DNA of 64,000 nucleotides from a virus. Location of the stretch: IMG/VR virus record IMGVR_UViG_3300026534_000035, positions 1 to 64,000 of that record, one strand, 5' to 3'. A program made the translations under genes and the position numbers. Below the pieces are notes generated by a model that was given only the letters and a program-made list of their open reading frames with translations, searched no databases and had not been told where the DNA came from. Each line of letters starts with the position of its first letter. Positions within the stretch are counted from its first letter, which is position 1. This document shows positions 38,901-48,953 of this stretch, in pieces.

Positions 38901-38947
38901 TTAAACTAGTGTATTATAATGCAAGTCGTGGTTGGGTTATTTTCTAA
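35912..38947 (+). CDS. Large fibre-like virion protein with ~140-aa internal repeats
   Basis: HNHDDRYY, IEDNLLVINSGE..AGIQVDRG, repeated TFL.LTDTP.YTANN.LYMT blocks, C-terminal VDTSGG...GW module. Confidence 0.75.
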   Translation: MAFNDTYRESIQSKHLSNVGFTSTAKGVTNEAFALKNPHQVLASQVPVTDVVSDYGPLTASGIAAGKVEEHIVKLTADPTVNSNKAWIAYEDNCQTAGHSSRGHVRLDQWMRYAETQYKLRLFEDNGTGTGYDSNKEILPSETSFNWEYDQSAGVVYFDADPSANGKTLPLWGVFYKYTGDMVSDSLASISGTVGAHNHDDRYYTKTQLDNGQLDNRYYTETEIDSMLTTTSGYLQSEIDNTYTQSEVDSLISTTSGSLQNDIVWEQTWSGVIQPKAGKYLGSPIYTTGDVTIGGNLTVTGTQFISNTETVQIEDNLLVINSGETGAGVTEGQAGIQVDRGTAPDYFFLYDENQDNFRVGVSGTLQAVATREDSPDSNRVPWWDGTNYRFDTHGTSYITIDTTADSISAYAGSTKLMGVASSSQSFGDTAADGTNIVVSQSNETVVITASGVTEATFGTNGMSLSSGASVTDITTVMATPGDDDTLVTEKAIYTYVDSVSGTLSQSTTNLDIYRSFTDGTSTSDASGNTDTFTFAGTGGTTVTIDSATDKLTIDSFDTFLDLTDTPGAYTANNTLYMTAAGIASNSSVTFDPSNSEFNVGGVFSLSAGTTVNEIVSSVDSNSTDDQLPTAGSVFSLVNSVSGTLSSATTALDFYKYITDGANTAEASGNDDTLTFAATGGASVTVTPGTDTITIDAFDTFLELTDTPSGYTANNMLYMTATAVADTSAMTFNPTTSGVTFAHDVSVEGYLSLASGTSVNEIATSIGSNTNDQLITAKAVEDYVDGQMNLVDAYKYVTNGTTTTTASGLDTLTINGSNGVSITVDSSTDTVSVVGPSQPVAYEAELTYNASGGYWAYNGGFASVPSDLEVFLNGVKNKNDSDYYTAAVVGGELRITFAFDTYAEDWANITYGTVWNGATWSSITSNANVSSGQRIIVDTSGGTAYTLTLPGSPTMGDEIHFLDGGYNCGTVNVTLARNGNNIMGLSQDMTIDTDGAAFKLVYYNASRGWVIF

Positions 38948-39019
38948 TACCCCGTAATTATGTTTTAACCTATGTTTTAAAGGAAAAGTTAATGATTATT
39001 TAGAAAAGGAGAAGTTATT

Positions 39020-39481
39020 ATGAATGGTTATGTACAAAATAAATCACCTATGTGGGCTCACGCTATGAAAAGAACCATAGGCCCTGGTAGAAAGATACCT
39101 TTAGATGAACTGTATGAACAATATGGGAAGAAATATTCTTTGACACCTGGAGATGAATTCGTAGCGTGGCTCAAGAGTGTGAAACTTAAAGATACTAATA
39201 AATGGGAAGTAGTTTTATTGCCAGATAATGCTGAAATGGAAGAAGAAGTTGTTGTTTCTAAAGAAAAAGACGATAAAAGTTTAGGCAGGGTTGATGATAT
39301 GGATGCCTTGGATATTGTTGATCTTACTGTTAGAAAGGCTAGAGAACTAATTCCTGTTTGTACTAATAAAAAATTACTTAAATTAGCTTTAAATGAGGCT
39401 AATAGTAGAGCACATAAAGATAGTTTATGTAGAATTTTGAGAAAACGAATTCAAGAATTAGATAGTATGGTTAGAAGTTAA
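39020..39481 (+). CDS. hypothetical protein
   Basis: AAGGGAG RBS. Confidence 0.65.
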   Translation: MNGYVQNKSPMWAHAMKRTIGPGRKIPLDELYEQYGKKYSLTPGDEFVAWLKSVKLKDTNKWEVVLLPDNAEMEEEVVVSKEKDDKSLGRVDDMDALDIVDLTVRKARELIPVCTNKKLLKLALNEANSRAHKDSLCRILRKRIQELDSMVRS

Positions 39482-39510
39482 ATACATAATAGTTAGGGGG
39501 AAAATAAAAC

Positions 39511-40812
39511 ATGGCTAGAAGTTTACTCAGACAGCTAGAACAAATTAGGCGTTCGATGACATATGATGACGCGGTTTCTAATGTAAATTCTTCTAGTGTT
39601 GCAGAACCCACTGTATCAGGTTCCCTAGAGGCTGATTTGAATGTAATCAGAACTCTCGTCAAAGACGCTAAGGGTACTACCAACTGGTTTGATTCTTTAG
39701 GTAAGTATTTTGATCCTAGTAATACTGATGCCAGTAATACAAATAATAAGGAGTTGAATTTATCTAATTTATCTGGTAATACACTAGATGCAAAAACTAT
39801 AATTCTTCCAGTACGAGAAGATAACTCTGGGAATGGTTTTGCTGTAACTAGTGCTAGTACTGGGTTTCTATTTACTACTACGGCTCCATATGCTACTCCT
39901 GCCGACAGACGTGGTTTACCTATTTTTGCAAGTACTGCAAACAATGGGTCTTATTACGATGAGGGTGGCTCGGATCGTGTTTGTATGATAGATGTTATAG
40001 ATATGAATACTGGTTCTCAGATTAAAACCAATGCAGGTGACACTATCTATGCTAAGTTTCATGATGGTGCTGACTTTGCTGGTTCTGGCGCTGGAAATGA
40101 TGTTTATGTTCGTTTTTACGCCAATAATAGTGCTACAGATTTAAGCACAGTGTCGGGTACCACTCCTTCTCATATTCAGATTGTGTATCCTAGAAGAAAA
40201 GTTTTATCAGATATGGAAGAATATGATTGGGCACGTACAGATTTCATTAATTCTTGGGAAGGTGATGTAGAATTAATGGAAGATATTTATAACTTGTGGA
40301 GTTATACTGGTGCTACTGATAATGATGGCAGTCCTTTGCCATGGAGTAATGACACAGCTAGTTACATACTATCATCTAATCCAAGTGACTTGAAGTCCGC
40401 AGTTGATGCGCTTAATGATGGTATTGGGAGTAGATTATATTCCCAGGATAATTATATCAGCGATGGTCAAACTATTACAGCTTCTTTAGATGCTATTGAT
40501 CAAGAACTTAAAACTTTAAGTGATAGTATTACTGCAAGTTCAGCTGATAAATATGTGGAAACACTTAGTTCAAGTATTACTAAGAATGTAGCACATACGT
40601 TACCTGGTAGTATTAGTTATACTCCTGATTCTACATCCGGAGCTGAAGGCAAAAATATGGATGTATATGTAGATGGTCAGTTGCTCGCTGCTTCTACGGG
40701 TACTAATGGTGCCAATGGAGACAGAGATTATTCTGAAACTAGTAGTACAAGTATTACTTTTATGTTTGATGTACAGGCTGGAAGAAACATAACATATGTA
40801 ATAAGGCAATAA
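39511..40812 (+). CDS. Virion structural protein
   Basis: MARSLLRQLEQ, SLEADLNVIR; C-terminal MDVYVDGQLL...DYSE.S.TSITF. Confidence 0.7.
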   Translation: MARSLLRQLEQIRRSMTYDDAVSNVNSSSVAEPTVSGSLEADLNVIRTLVKDAKGTTNWFDSLGKYFDPSNTDASNTNNKELNLSNLSGNTLDAKTIILPVREDNSGNGFAVTSASTGFLFTTTAPYATPADRRGLPIFASTANNGSYYDEGGSDRVCMIDVIDMNTGSQIKTNAGDTIYAKFHDGADFAGSGAGNDVYVRFYANNSATDLSTVSGTTPSHIQIVYPRRKVLSDMEEYDWARTDFINSWEGDVELMEDIYNLWSYTGATDNDGSPLPWSNDTASYILSSNPSDLKSAVDALNDGIGSRLYSQDNYISDGQTITASLDAIDQELKTLSDSITASSADKYVETLSSSITKNVAHTLPGSISYTPDSTSGAEGKNMDVYVDGQLLAASTGTNGANGDRDYSETSSTSITFMFDVQAGRNITYVIRQ

Positions 40813-40826
40813 GAAATAAAAAATAA

Positions 40827-40855
40827 CAGTGGCTCGATTATTTATCGGGCCACTG
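40827..40855. other. Intergenic stem-loop
   Basis: cagtggctcgat-tattt-atcgggccactg. Confidence 0.65.
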
Positions 40856-40887
40856 AAGAATTTGGGTTTAAAGGGGGAAGTTTAAAT

Positions 40888-41241
40888 ATGCAAGTTCAAA
40901 GTCCTAATAGAGAAGAAGATACTAAATTAAGGAATATTTTATTTAAGGCCGAGGATAAGAAACTTATAAGTAAGGAAGAAGTTGGTTTTATTTCAGCTTT
41001 GGTAAAAAGATATAATGCTGAGATTGAACGAAAGATAAAACAGCTTTATACCCTTCAAGGGGAAATAGCACAATTAAAAACTAATGAATTGATTATAGTA
41101 AATATGTTAGAAAATGTTATAGCAGCTGCTGAAAGAGATGAAGCTAGACGGGAAACCATGAAGCGTATAAGAGGGGAAGGTCAGGAAACGGCAGCCGCTG
41201 AAAAACAGGAGTCAAGTGTAGAACCGACACATAGCGATTAA
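40888..41241 (+). CDS. Coiled-coil hypothetical protein
   Basis: AAGGGGG RBS; heptad pattern. Confidence 0.65.
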   Translation: MQVQSPNREEDTKLRNILFKAEDKKLISKEEVGFISALVKRYNAEIERKIKQLYTLQGEIAQLKTNELIIVNMLENVIAAAERDEARRETMKRIRGEGQETAAAEKQESSVEPTHSD

Positions 41242-41385
41242 ATAAAATACTTTTATATTGATAGAGGTAAATTTGATGACCAGAACGTACTATTTTAAAA
41301 ACTCTGATAAAAATAGTCCACTCCTAAAGGAGTATTCTGGTCATTTGTATTTTGTGAGTATACAAAATAGGAGACGGTAATTTAC

Positions 41386-42150
41386 ATGATTGTTTTAAGG
41401 AAACTAGGTGGGAAAGGAATAACGTCAGTAGTTGTAGCTGATCCTTTGTCTGGTTTAAAGGATGGAAGTAATCAGGTATTTAATACTACTACTAATTACA
41501 TTAAAGATAAGATTACTATATTTTTTAATGGACAAGCTCTTCATAGTCCGAGTGATTTTATTCAAAGCGGACCAAAAGAAATAACTTTTATACATGTATT
41601 TCCCACCAGTGATTCAGAACTTAGAGCAATTTATGAAGTAGAAGGAAGCTCATTTAATATTGATCATGGAGCATTAAGTGGTTTATTAGATGATGATCAT
41701 CCACAGTATTTAAATACTGTTAGAGGTGATAGTCGGTATTATACCAAATCAGAGATAAATACTTTATCAGGTACTCTCTATGATGCTATATTAAATCATC
41801 ACGATGAGTTTATAGGTTTATTGGATACCCCGACCACTTATAGTGGTCATGAAGGTAAGTATGTTAAAGTTAGAAATGATGGTTCTGGGTTAGAGTTTTC
41901 TGAAATAAAGGACGAATTAAATGGAAAAGAGTCATTAGTAAGTGGTGCGACTTCTTTGTTTGTGCCTTTTTCTAATGTACTTAGTTCTTCGAATTATACT
42001 ACTACAGTGTCTTTAGAAAACACTATTGATGCAGAACCTTCGATTTACTCTACACTAGTTTCTAACACAACTGTAAGTGGTTTTACTGTTTTATTTTCTG
42101 GTGATATGGATTCACCTAATTATAAACTAAATTGGATAGTTAAAATATGA
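41386..42150 (+). CDS. Virion fibre/decoration protein
   Basis: G.KDGSNQVF..IFFNGQ, HGALSGLLDDDHPQY, LLDTPTTYSG, GFTVLFSGD C-terminal domain. Confidence 0.7.
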   Translation: MIVLRKLGGKGITSVVVADPLSGLKDGSNQVFNTTTNYIKDKITIFFNGQALHSPSDFIQSGPKEITFIHVFPTSDSELRAIYEVEGSSFNIDHGALSGLLDDDHPQYLNTVRGDSRYYTKSEINTLSGTLYDAILNHHDEFIGLLDTPTTYSGHEGKYVKVRNDGSGLEFSEIKDELNGKESLVSGATSLFVPFSNVLSSSNYTTTVSLENTIDAEPSIYSTLVSNTTVSGFTVLFSGDMDSPNYKLNWIVKI

Positions 42151-42166
42151 GGAGGGTATTTAATAA

Positions 42167-43222
42167 ATGGCTAAATTTCAAAGCAAACATTTAAAACTAA
42201 AAGACAACCAACGAGTTTATTTTGGCACTGGTGACGATGTTAGTTTGTATTATGATGGCACTGATTTTCTGTCAGACGCCCCTATAGTTGGAGAAAAAGC
42301 TACTAAAAACACACATTTAGTTCGTTATGACCAACTATTGACTACTTCTGGAACATTACAGGATCAAATCACAGCGTTGTCTATATTAGATTGGCAGGAA
42401 TCGGTTGAATCTCGTTCAGCTACTCCGCCTGCTACTCCTGCTCAAGGGCAAAGGTTTTTAGTAATACCAACAGCTACTGGCGCCTGGGCGGGACATGAAG
42501 ACGATATAGCTGAATATAATGGTAGTTCTTGGGATTTTGTAACTCCTACAGCAGGCACTGCCGTATATGTGGAAGATGAACAACTTCTATATTTGTATGA
42601 TGGTTCACAGTGGGGGCCTATGGGAATGTCTATGTCCCATAGTGACTTGCAAGATTTAGGAAATGATGATCATACTCAATACATTAGAGTAGATGGAACT
42701 AGAGCTTTTACAAGCACCGTTGGTGGCGTTGATCCTATAGCATCTAGTGATTTAACTACTAAAAACTATGTAGATAATGAGATTGCTACTTTAAGTGGTT
42801 CCTTAGTCAATGACATGATCACTGACCATGGTGATTTAACTGGATTAGGAGATGATGATCATCCACAGTATGTGAGAGTGGATGGAACCAGAGGTTTTAC
42901 GGCTACCGTTAGTGGTGTTGATCCAGTGCAGCCTACTGATCTAGCTACCAAAGAATATGTTGATCAACAGGTCGGCGGAGGAATTAAAACTGGTAGAGAA
43001 ACTTTAGCTACTAATGACAGTAGTAAGTCAGTAACCTTTGCTAGTGCTTACGCAGATACTAATTATACTATTAGTGTTATGATGAATAACACGGTGGACG
43101 CTAATCCAGCTATTTATCCGACAATTATTTCTGCTAAGGCAACTACTGGGTTTACAGTTTTATTTTCTGGTGATATTGATTCTACTAATTATCAACTTGA
43201 ATGGATTTGTGTGCACGACTAA
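42167..43222 (+). CDS. Virion fibre protein with DUF2793-like segment
   Basis: WQESV..TPPATP..G.RFLV...ATGAWAGHEDDIAEYNG..W.F; two DDH.QY.RVDGTR repeats. Confidence 0.75.
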   Translation: MAKFQSKHLKLKDNQRVYFGTGDDVSLYYDGTDFLSDAPIVGEKATKNTHLVRYDQLLTTSGTLQDQITALSILDWQESVESRSATPPATPAQGQRFLVIPTATGAWAGHEDDIAEYNGSSWDFVTPTAGTAVYVEDEQLLYLYDGSQWGPMGMSMSHSDLQDLGNDDHTQYIRVDGTRAFTSTVGGVDPIASSDLTTKNYVDNEIATLSGSLVNDMITDHGDLTGLGDDDHPQYVRVDGTRGFTATVSGVDPVQPTDLATKEYVDQQVGGGIKTGRETLATNDSSKSVTFASAYADTNYTISVMMNNTVDANPAIYPTIISAKATTGFTVLFSGDIDSTNYQLEWICVHD

Positions 43223-43244
43223 ATAAACTTAATGGCGGAAAACA

Positions 43245-45278
43245 ATGGGTAGATTTAAGGGTAAAGACTTATATCTAAAAAACGATGACCAAATTTATTT
43301 TGGTGATAATAAGGAAGTCGCTCTGTGGTATGACAACAATGATTTGCAATTAAATCATACCATTAGTGGTGTTGCTGCCACAGAGGACTACCATCTTGTA
43401 CAAAAGCAATATGTAGACGCTACTGCTTCTGGGAGCCAAGGCCCTCCAGGATATGGGGTATTTGCGTTTGCTAGGGTAGATGCTGATGGTACGCTTAGAG
43501 ATAGTTATAATTTATCTGTTAATAAATCTGCTACTGGAACTTACGATTTTACTTTCACATCTCGACCTAAAAATGAATATTATAGTGTACAAGCGCAGCC
43601 GTATCAAACTGTTACCGATACGAACGCTATGGTATCAAATGTAACTACTACTGGTTTTACTATTAAAGTAGGGCAAGGTGATAATGGGTCTTCTCCAGAT
43701 ACACTGCGGGATACTGATTTTTCGGTAATAGTTATAAACTCAGATGGATCAACTACTACGGCTAGCGGAGTAGGTTATTTGTGTGCATGTCAAATAAGAC
43801 GTACTACAGATTATACATATACCACATCTTGGGAGGATGTAACTTGCGACACTACGGACGTTGAAAATACTTCATTACTAACTCATGATACTACTAACAC
43901 TGAACGTATTAATATTGGAGCTACAGGTATATATTCAATAAGTTATGACATGAAAGCCGCGTTAGATCCAAATTCTTCTACGAGTGTTGTTAGGGCGTCT
44001 GGTAGGTTGGTGAAGAATGATACCACCGTTATTCCAGGTAGTGTGATTTACGCGGATGTGTATCAGGGAGAGATCCATGATGTAGATGCTACTTGTATTG
44101 CGCAGCTTACAGTTGGTGATTTTATTTCCTTGCAAGCTATGAAGGGTAACACCGATACCATGACAGCTCCTTACGACACTATTTTAAATATAGTAAAATT
44201 AGATGGAGTTAAAGGAGTTAAAGGAGATAAAGGAGATAAAGGAGATAAAGGCGAAGACGGTGTAGTCACTATTTCAGGGTCTCTTACAGGTTATTTTGAT
44301 GCTTATGATAGCACTGGGGGAACGACTGTTGGTACATCTTGGGTAGATGTGCCACTTACTACCGAAAGACATAAAACATCTGATTTATTTTCTCATAGTT
44401 CGGGTTCTTCTGAATTGGAAGTACTTAAGTCTTATACATATATAATTACTGCTAGAGTTACTACAGCTATTACCAATGGTACTAACAGAACTGATAGTAT
44501 TATGCGAATAGTTAAAGATACTGGAAGTGGTTATTCAGAAATTCCAGGCTCGCGCGGAAAAATGTATAACAGAACCAATAATTATGGAGAGAATACTGCT
44601 ACAGTAACTGTTATAACTCCTTTGAATAAAAACGATAAAATAAAAGTTCAGGCGATTAGAGATAATGGAACTTCTACTCTTGAATTAGAACAAAACGGTT
44701 CGTCTCTTTCTGTTTTTACTACTACTGGAGAAAAGGGTGAAAAGGGTGCTGATGGGGCTCCTGGATCAGGTTCCAATATGTCAATAAAACACGAAGACAC
44801 TACTGTATCAGGTAGCCCATTTTCAATAATGAATTTTACTGGAGATTCTGTACAGGATGTGAGAGATGAAGGCGGAGGTCAAGTAGAAGTTTATATAGAG
44901 TCTACTTTTGGTTCTTGGTATGGTTGGGCTACAAGTGATAGCACTAGTAGTACTAATAGCACTTCTTATGTTAATAAGCTGATTTATACTACTCCAACTG
45001 TTCCTGCGGGAGATTATAGAATAGGTTGGCAATTTGAATGGCGCAGAAACAGTACTGGTAATGATTTTAAAGCACGGGTACAAATAGATGATACTACTAC
45101 ATTAATGGAAATGAATGAAGAAAGTAAGGATCCTAATTCGTGGCACCATGTGGGAGGTTTTTCTATTTCTAGTTTATCTAATGCAATTCATCACATAGAT
45201 ATAGATTTTTCCGGGGAAACTACTAGTAATCGGAGCTATATTAGAAGAGCACGAATTGAGTTTTGGAGGATTTCTTAA
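43245..45278 (+). CDS. Fibre protein with collagen-like linkers and tandem C1q-like beta domains
   Basis: GVKGVKGDKGDKGDKGED and GEKGEKGADGAP linkers; G.Y.I domain motifs. Confidence 0.75.
   Translation: MGRFKGKDLYLKNDDQIYFGDNKEVALWYDNNDLQLNHTISGVAATEDYHLVQKQYVDATASGSQGPPGYGVFAFARVDADGTLRDSYNLSVNKSATGTYDFTFTSRPKNEYYSVQAQPYQTVTDTNAMVSNVTTTGFTIKVGQGDNGSSPDTLRDTDFSVIVINSDGSTTTASGVGYLCACQIRRTTDYTYTTSWEDVTCDTTDVENTSLLTHDTTNTERINIGATGIYSISYDMKAALDPNSSTSVVRASGRLVKNDTTVIPGSVIYADVYQGEIHDVDATCIAQLTVGDFISLQAMKGNTDTMTAPYDTILNIVKLDGVKGVKGDKGDKGDKGEDGVVTISGSLTGYFDAYDSTGGTTVGTSWVDVPLTTERHKTSDLFSHSSGSSELEVLKSYTYIITARVTTAITNGTNRTDSIMRIVKDTGSGYSEIPGSRGKMYNRTNNYGENTATVTVITPLNKNDKIKVQAIRDNGTSTLELEQNGSSLSVFTTTGEKGEKGADGAPGSGSNMSIKHEDTTVSGSPFSIMNFTGDSVQDVRDEGGGQVEVYIESTFGSWYGWATSDSTSSTNSTSYVNKLIYTTPTVPAGDYRIGWQFEWRRNSTGNDFKARVQIDDTTTLMEMNEESKDPNSWHHVGGFSISSLSNAIHHIDIDFSGETTSNRSYIRRARIEFWRIS
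44205..44258 (+). repeat. 9-bp tandem repeat encoding collagen G-X-Y
   Basis: ggagttaaa x2, ggagataaa x3, ggcgaagac. Confidence 0.9.
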
Positions 45279-45299
45279 TGATAGGGGGTAAGGTAAAAA

Positions 45300-47198
45300 A
45301 TGAGTTTTAAATACATATATTCTATAGAAAAGGATTTTCCTAATTCTAAAGTTGACACAGAAGCTCTTGTTTATGAGATAAGAGAATCTAGTATAACTAT
45401 AGCCTTGGATTACGTTTTTATATCTAATGAAATAGAATGTCATATATTTATGAAGGCGGAGCTTGTTGAAGATGAACATCTTATTTTAAATCAAATAGTT
45501 AGTCAACATACAGGAGAACCTCTTCCAGGAGTACAACAATCTAATACAGTTGATGTTACCAGAATAATTAATGAGAATAATAAGTGTGTTGATGTAGACG
45601 ATCGTGGAAGAATGAAAGTTTTGAGTTTTGTTACCCCCCAAGAACACGAGCTTTCAGGTCCCCAGCATACTGGGAGGTTGTCTTCAAAACAACTCCCCGA
45701 TTGTGTGGCTAGATGCACAGATTTAACGGCTTTGTCGGGAACTCTAACTCAAAATATGTATGATTTTGCAGAAGAGTATTATGATAAACCGGAGATAGAT
45801 TTATTTTTGAAGGGAAAGGCTCCACTGGCGCATGATCATGATTTACGATATTATAAAAAACCAGAAATAGATGATTTAATTATTACAGATCATAATAAAT
45901 TATCAGGCCTATCTAATGATGATCACTTACAGTATTTGAATGTTGAGAGAGGCGATGATAGGTATTTTACTAAAATTTCTGTTTATACTATTTCAGGTAG
46001 TTTACAGAATGATATAGATAGCAAGTCAGACAGCAACCATATACATGATGATAGGTATTATACTGAAGAGGAAGTAAATTCTAAATTATCTAGTAAGTCT
46101 GACCTTTCTCATACACATTTACATAAAGATTTAGATGGACTATCTGAAGATGACCATCCACAATATCTATTGGCTAATGGCAAGCGACATGTCGATGGTG
46201 ATTTAATTATTTTTGGTAACTTATCTGTTAGTGGGACCCAGTTTATTACTAATACTGAGATTGTAGAAATTCAGGATAACTTACTTCTTATAAATAATGG
46301 TGAACAAGGGCCTGGTGTTTCTTCTGGATTAGCTGGAATTGAGATAGATAGAGGAACGGAGCCTTCTTACAGATTTATTTTTGATGAAGTTCATGATGCC
46401 TTTAAAGCTGGTGCTTCAGGGACAGAAGATACTGTGGCATTAGTACAGGATTTTCCTATTACAGAAGGATATGTTCCTTATTGGGTTTTACATAATAATG
46501 ATGTAATACCTCATTATGAATTAAGTATAAAGGATAGTTTACATATAAACAACATCGCTTCTAAAGATTTTGTAAATTCCACTGCAATTTCTTTACAGCA
46601 AAACATTGATACAAAAGCAGATTTAAGGCATACCCATGTAGAGTCGGATATTACTAATTTAGTTCATGATGCGGTAAAAATACATGGGAGGCCTATAGAC
46701 AAGCCACAACCCGAAGATGATGGTAAACGCATTATTTATAATGCATCAGAAAACAAATTTGAATTACGACAAAGTGGATCCGGCGGCGGCGGTGAGTCTT
46801 TCCCATTCTCGTATTTTTATAGAGTAGCATCTCCTGAAAAAGTGTCTACTACTGCTTATGAAGAGAAGTGGTATGAGAAAACTAAATTAGTAGTAAATGT
46901 TCCAGAAGGTACTTATAGAATAGGGTGGTATTATCAGTGGTTATGTACATCTACAAGTAGAAGTATCATTGTGAATTTGTTTGAAGATGGGGTAGATTTA
47001 CATGATTATAGATTTGATGGTATTTTATACTCGGAAGTAGAGCCCAAGGATTATAGATGTTATTACACAGATAGTGGTTTTAGATATATAGAGTTGGATG
47101 AAGGTGAGCACACGTTTAGATTGCGTTTTCAAGCAAGTAGACATGGGGCTGTAGTTTATATGTGGAATACAGAGATTGAGTTTTGGAGAGTAGGATAA
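45300..47198 (+). CDS. Fibre-like virion protein, His-rich repeats
   Basis: HxH/HDDRYY/DDHPQY repeats; IQDNLLLINNGE..AGIEIDRG; G.YRIGW..IEFWR C-terminus shared with 43245. Confidence 0.7.
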   Translation: MSFKYIYSIEKDFPNSKVDTEALVYEIRESSITIALDYVFISNEIECHIFMKAELVEDEHLILNQIVSQHTGEPLPGVQQSNTVDVTRIINENNKCVDVDDRGRMKVLSFVTPQEHELSGPQHTGRLSSKQLPDCVARCTDLTALSGTLTQNMYDFAEEYYDKPEIDLFLKGKAPLAHDHDLRYYKKPEIDDLIITDHNKLSGLSNDDHLQYLNVERGDDRYFTKISVYTISGSLQNDIDSKSDSNHIHDDRYYTEEEVNSKLSSKSDLSHTHLHKDLDGLSEDDHPQYLLANGKRHVDGDLIIFGNLSVSGTQFITNTEIVEIQDNLLLINNGEQGPGVSSGLAGIEIDRGTEPSYRFIFDEVHDAFKAGASGTEDTVALVQDFPITEGYVPYWVLHNNDVIPHYELSIKDSLHINNIASKDFVNSTAISLQQNIDTKADLRHTHVESDITNLVHDAVKIHGRPIDKPQPEDDGKRIIYNASENKFELRQSGSGGGGESFPFSYFYRVASPEKVSTTAYEEKWYEKTKLVVNVPEGTYRIGWYYQWLCTSTSRSIIVNLFEDGVDLHDYRFDGILYSEVEPKDYRCYYTDSGFRYIELDEGEHTFRLRFQASRHGAVVYMWNTEIEFWRVG

Positions 47199-47214
47199 TA
47201 TTGGAGGGATTATT

Positions 47215-48213
47215 ATGGCGGCACAAAAATACACATTTTTAATATCAGTAGATTTTCCTAATAAGATAGTTGCTGCTGATAGGTTGGAAGCGGAGATTAA
47301 TTCAGCGGATGAAATTTTAGTAGCATTGGACTATATTACAGTTGTGGGGGATACTTGTGATATTTGGTTCAAAGAATCTTTGAGTCCAGAAGGGGAAGTT
47401 AAATTACGTGAAATAGTTGCTAATCATAGTGGTCAGCCTTTGGATCAATATGATAAAATAGAAGTGGTAAATAAAGTAGAGTTGGCAGTAACTAATCGGT
47501 CTAATAAATTAGAAGTTCACGAATCTTCTCGTGTTAGAGGAACGACAACATATTTCACTGGCGCCGGAGATAATGTAAATGATATAACGGATGTTGGTAA
47601 TGGAGAACTTTTTATATTAAAACATAGAGTTGGAGAGTCGTTTGAGCAAAATTTGTATATTGATTTCAATATTGTAGAAAACGAGACTTGGATTCATGAG
47701 GGGTATGTAATTTGGCATAATGCCCAATTTGATACTATTTCTTTTACTATTGTCCCTTGTTTAACTGAATACACTGTTTCAAGTGGAACTAATTTTAATT
47801 TATATGGGGGTTATTTAGTAGTTCCTGCAGCAGGTGATGGGCATATTGAAGTGACCTCTGATTTAACTGATGCTAGAGGGGGTCTAGTATATATACCAGT
47901 TTCAGAAGATGGGACTAGGCGTACTCCTGCATTTTGGAATGCAGATTGGAATTCTGCCACGAAGAAGTATGAAAATATAACTCCAGCACCAACGGGAAAT
48001 GGCTCTTACAACATGTTTACATTAGAAGTTCCTTTAGGAAGATTTGTAAATAGATTGCCTCTACTCGGGCAGGGGTTTCAAAGAATGCAAAGTGCTGATT
48101 CAGATGAACTTGGGCAGGGTATGCGGCTTAGAGCCACATTATACACCACTGAGCCAGACCATGACTGGGAAATGGCGTGTATGTTAACATTACATAGAGC
48201 ACACACAGTGTAA
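47215..48213 (+). CDS. Virion protein, N-terminus paralogous to 45300
   Basis: Y...I..DFPN..V....L..EI...ALDY. Confidence 0.65.
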   Translation: MAAQKYTFLISVDFPNKIVAADRLEAEINSADEILVALDYITVVGDTCDIWFKESLSPEGEVKLREIVANHSGQPLDQYDKIEVVNKVELAVTNRSNKLEVHESSRVRGTTTYFTGAGDNVNDITDVGNGELFILKHRVGESFEQNLYIDFNIVENETWIHEGYVIWHNAQFDTISFTIVPCLTEYTVSSGTNFNLYGGYLVVPAAGDGHIEVTSDLTDARGGLVYIPVSEDGTRRTPAFWNADWNSATKKYENITPAPTGNGSYNMFTLEVPLGRFVNRLPLLGQGFQRMQSADSDELGQGMRLRATLYTTEPDHDWEMACMLTLHRAHTV

Positions 48214-48236
48214 GAAGCTGTAGAAAGGATTTAATT

Positions 48237-48953
48237 ATGTATTTATTTTTATCTGATTTACATTTAGGGTCGCCATTATTTAAAATTAAGAATGAATTAT
48301 TAAAATTAATTACTGATGATAAATATAGCAGAATATATATTATCGGGGATATTATTGATACTTGGGAAGAGGACTACCATAAAGTAGTTTCAGAATTTAA
48401 GGATGTAATTGATTGTATAAACAACTCTCCTAAATTTATTGTTCTAATTAAAGGGAATCATGATCCAGAGATAAGTATTATGAAATTCTTGTTTCCTAAC
48501 AAGCCCGTGTATTTTAAATATGAAACGTCTTTGGGTAATAATACGGCCTTATTGTTTCATGGTGATGAATTCGATTATAAAATTACTAAGCATATAACTT
48601 TAGCCAGGTTTTTATTTCCTATACAGTGGTTCTTAGAGCGTCTAGGATTTAATTTTAATTGGTTTACTTTAAACTTATATCATTCTATATCAAAAAAAGT
48701 CCAACATAAAAAATACGATGCCTTGGTGCTGGATATTGAAAAAGAAGCAGTTGAAAAATATAAGGATTATGACTTGATAATTATGGGGCATACACACAAA
48801 CATAAACTAATTAAATTAAGTGATAACAGATACTATATTAATACTGGAGCATTGATAAATTATCCTGTTTATGCTGAGTTTAATGAAGAAGATTCTACCT
48901 TTACAATTAAAAAATTTGAAGGAGTAGAATATAATGATAAAGCTAATTTATAA
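48237..48953 (+). CDS. Calcineurin-like metallophosphoesterase (LpxH-like)
   Basis: SDLHLG, GDIID, GNHD, HGD, GHTH, NTG. Confidence 0.88.
   Translation: MYLFLSDLHLGSPLFKIKNELLKLITDDKYSRIYIIGDIIDTWEEDYHKVVSEFKDVIDCINNSPKFIVLIKGNHDPEISIMKFLFPNKPVYFKYETSLGNNTALLFHGDEFDYKITKHITLARFLFPIQWFLERLGFNFNWFTLNLYHSISKKVQHKKYDALVLDIEKEAVEKYKDYDLIIMGHTHKHKLIKLSDNRYYINTGALINYPVYAEFNEEDSTFTIKKFEGVEYNDKANL

Noticed and set aside
41270-41345. Hammerhead ribozyme (TGATGA next to a three-way junction)
   Set aside because: No CUGAnGA/GAAA core in the required positions
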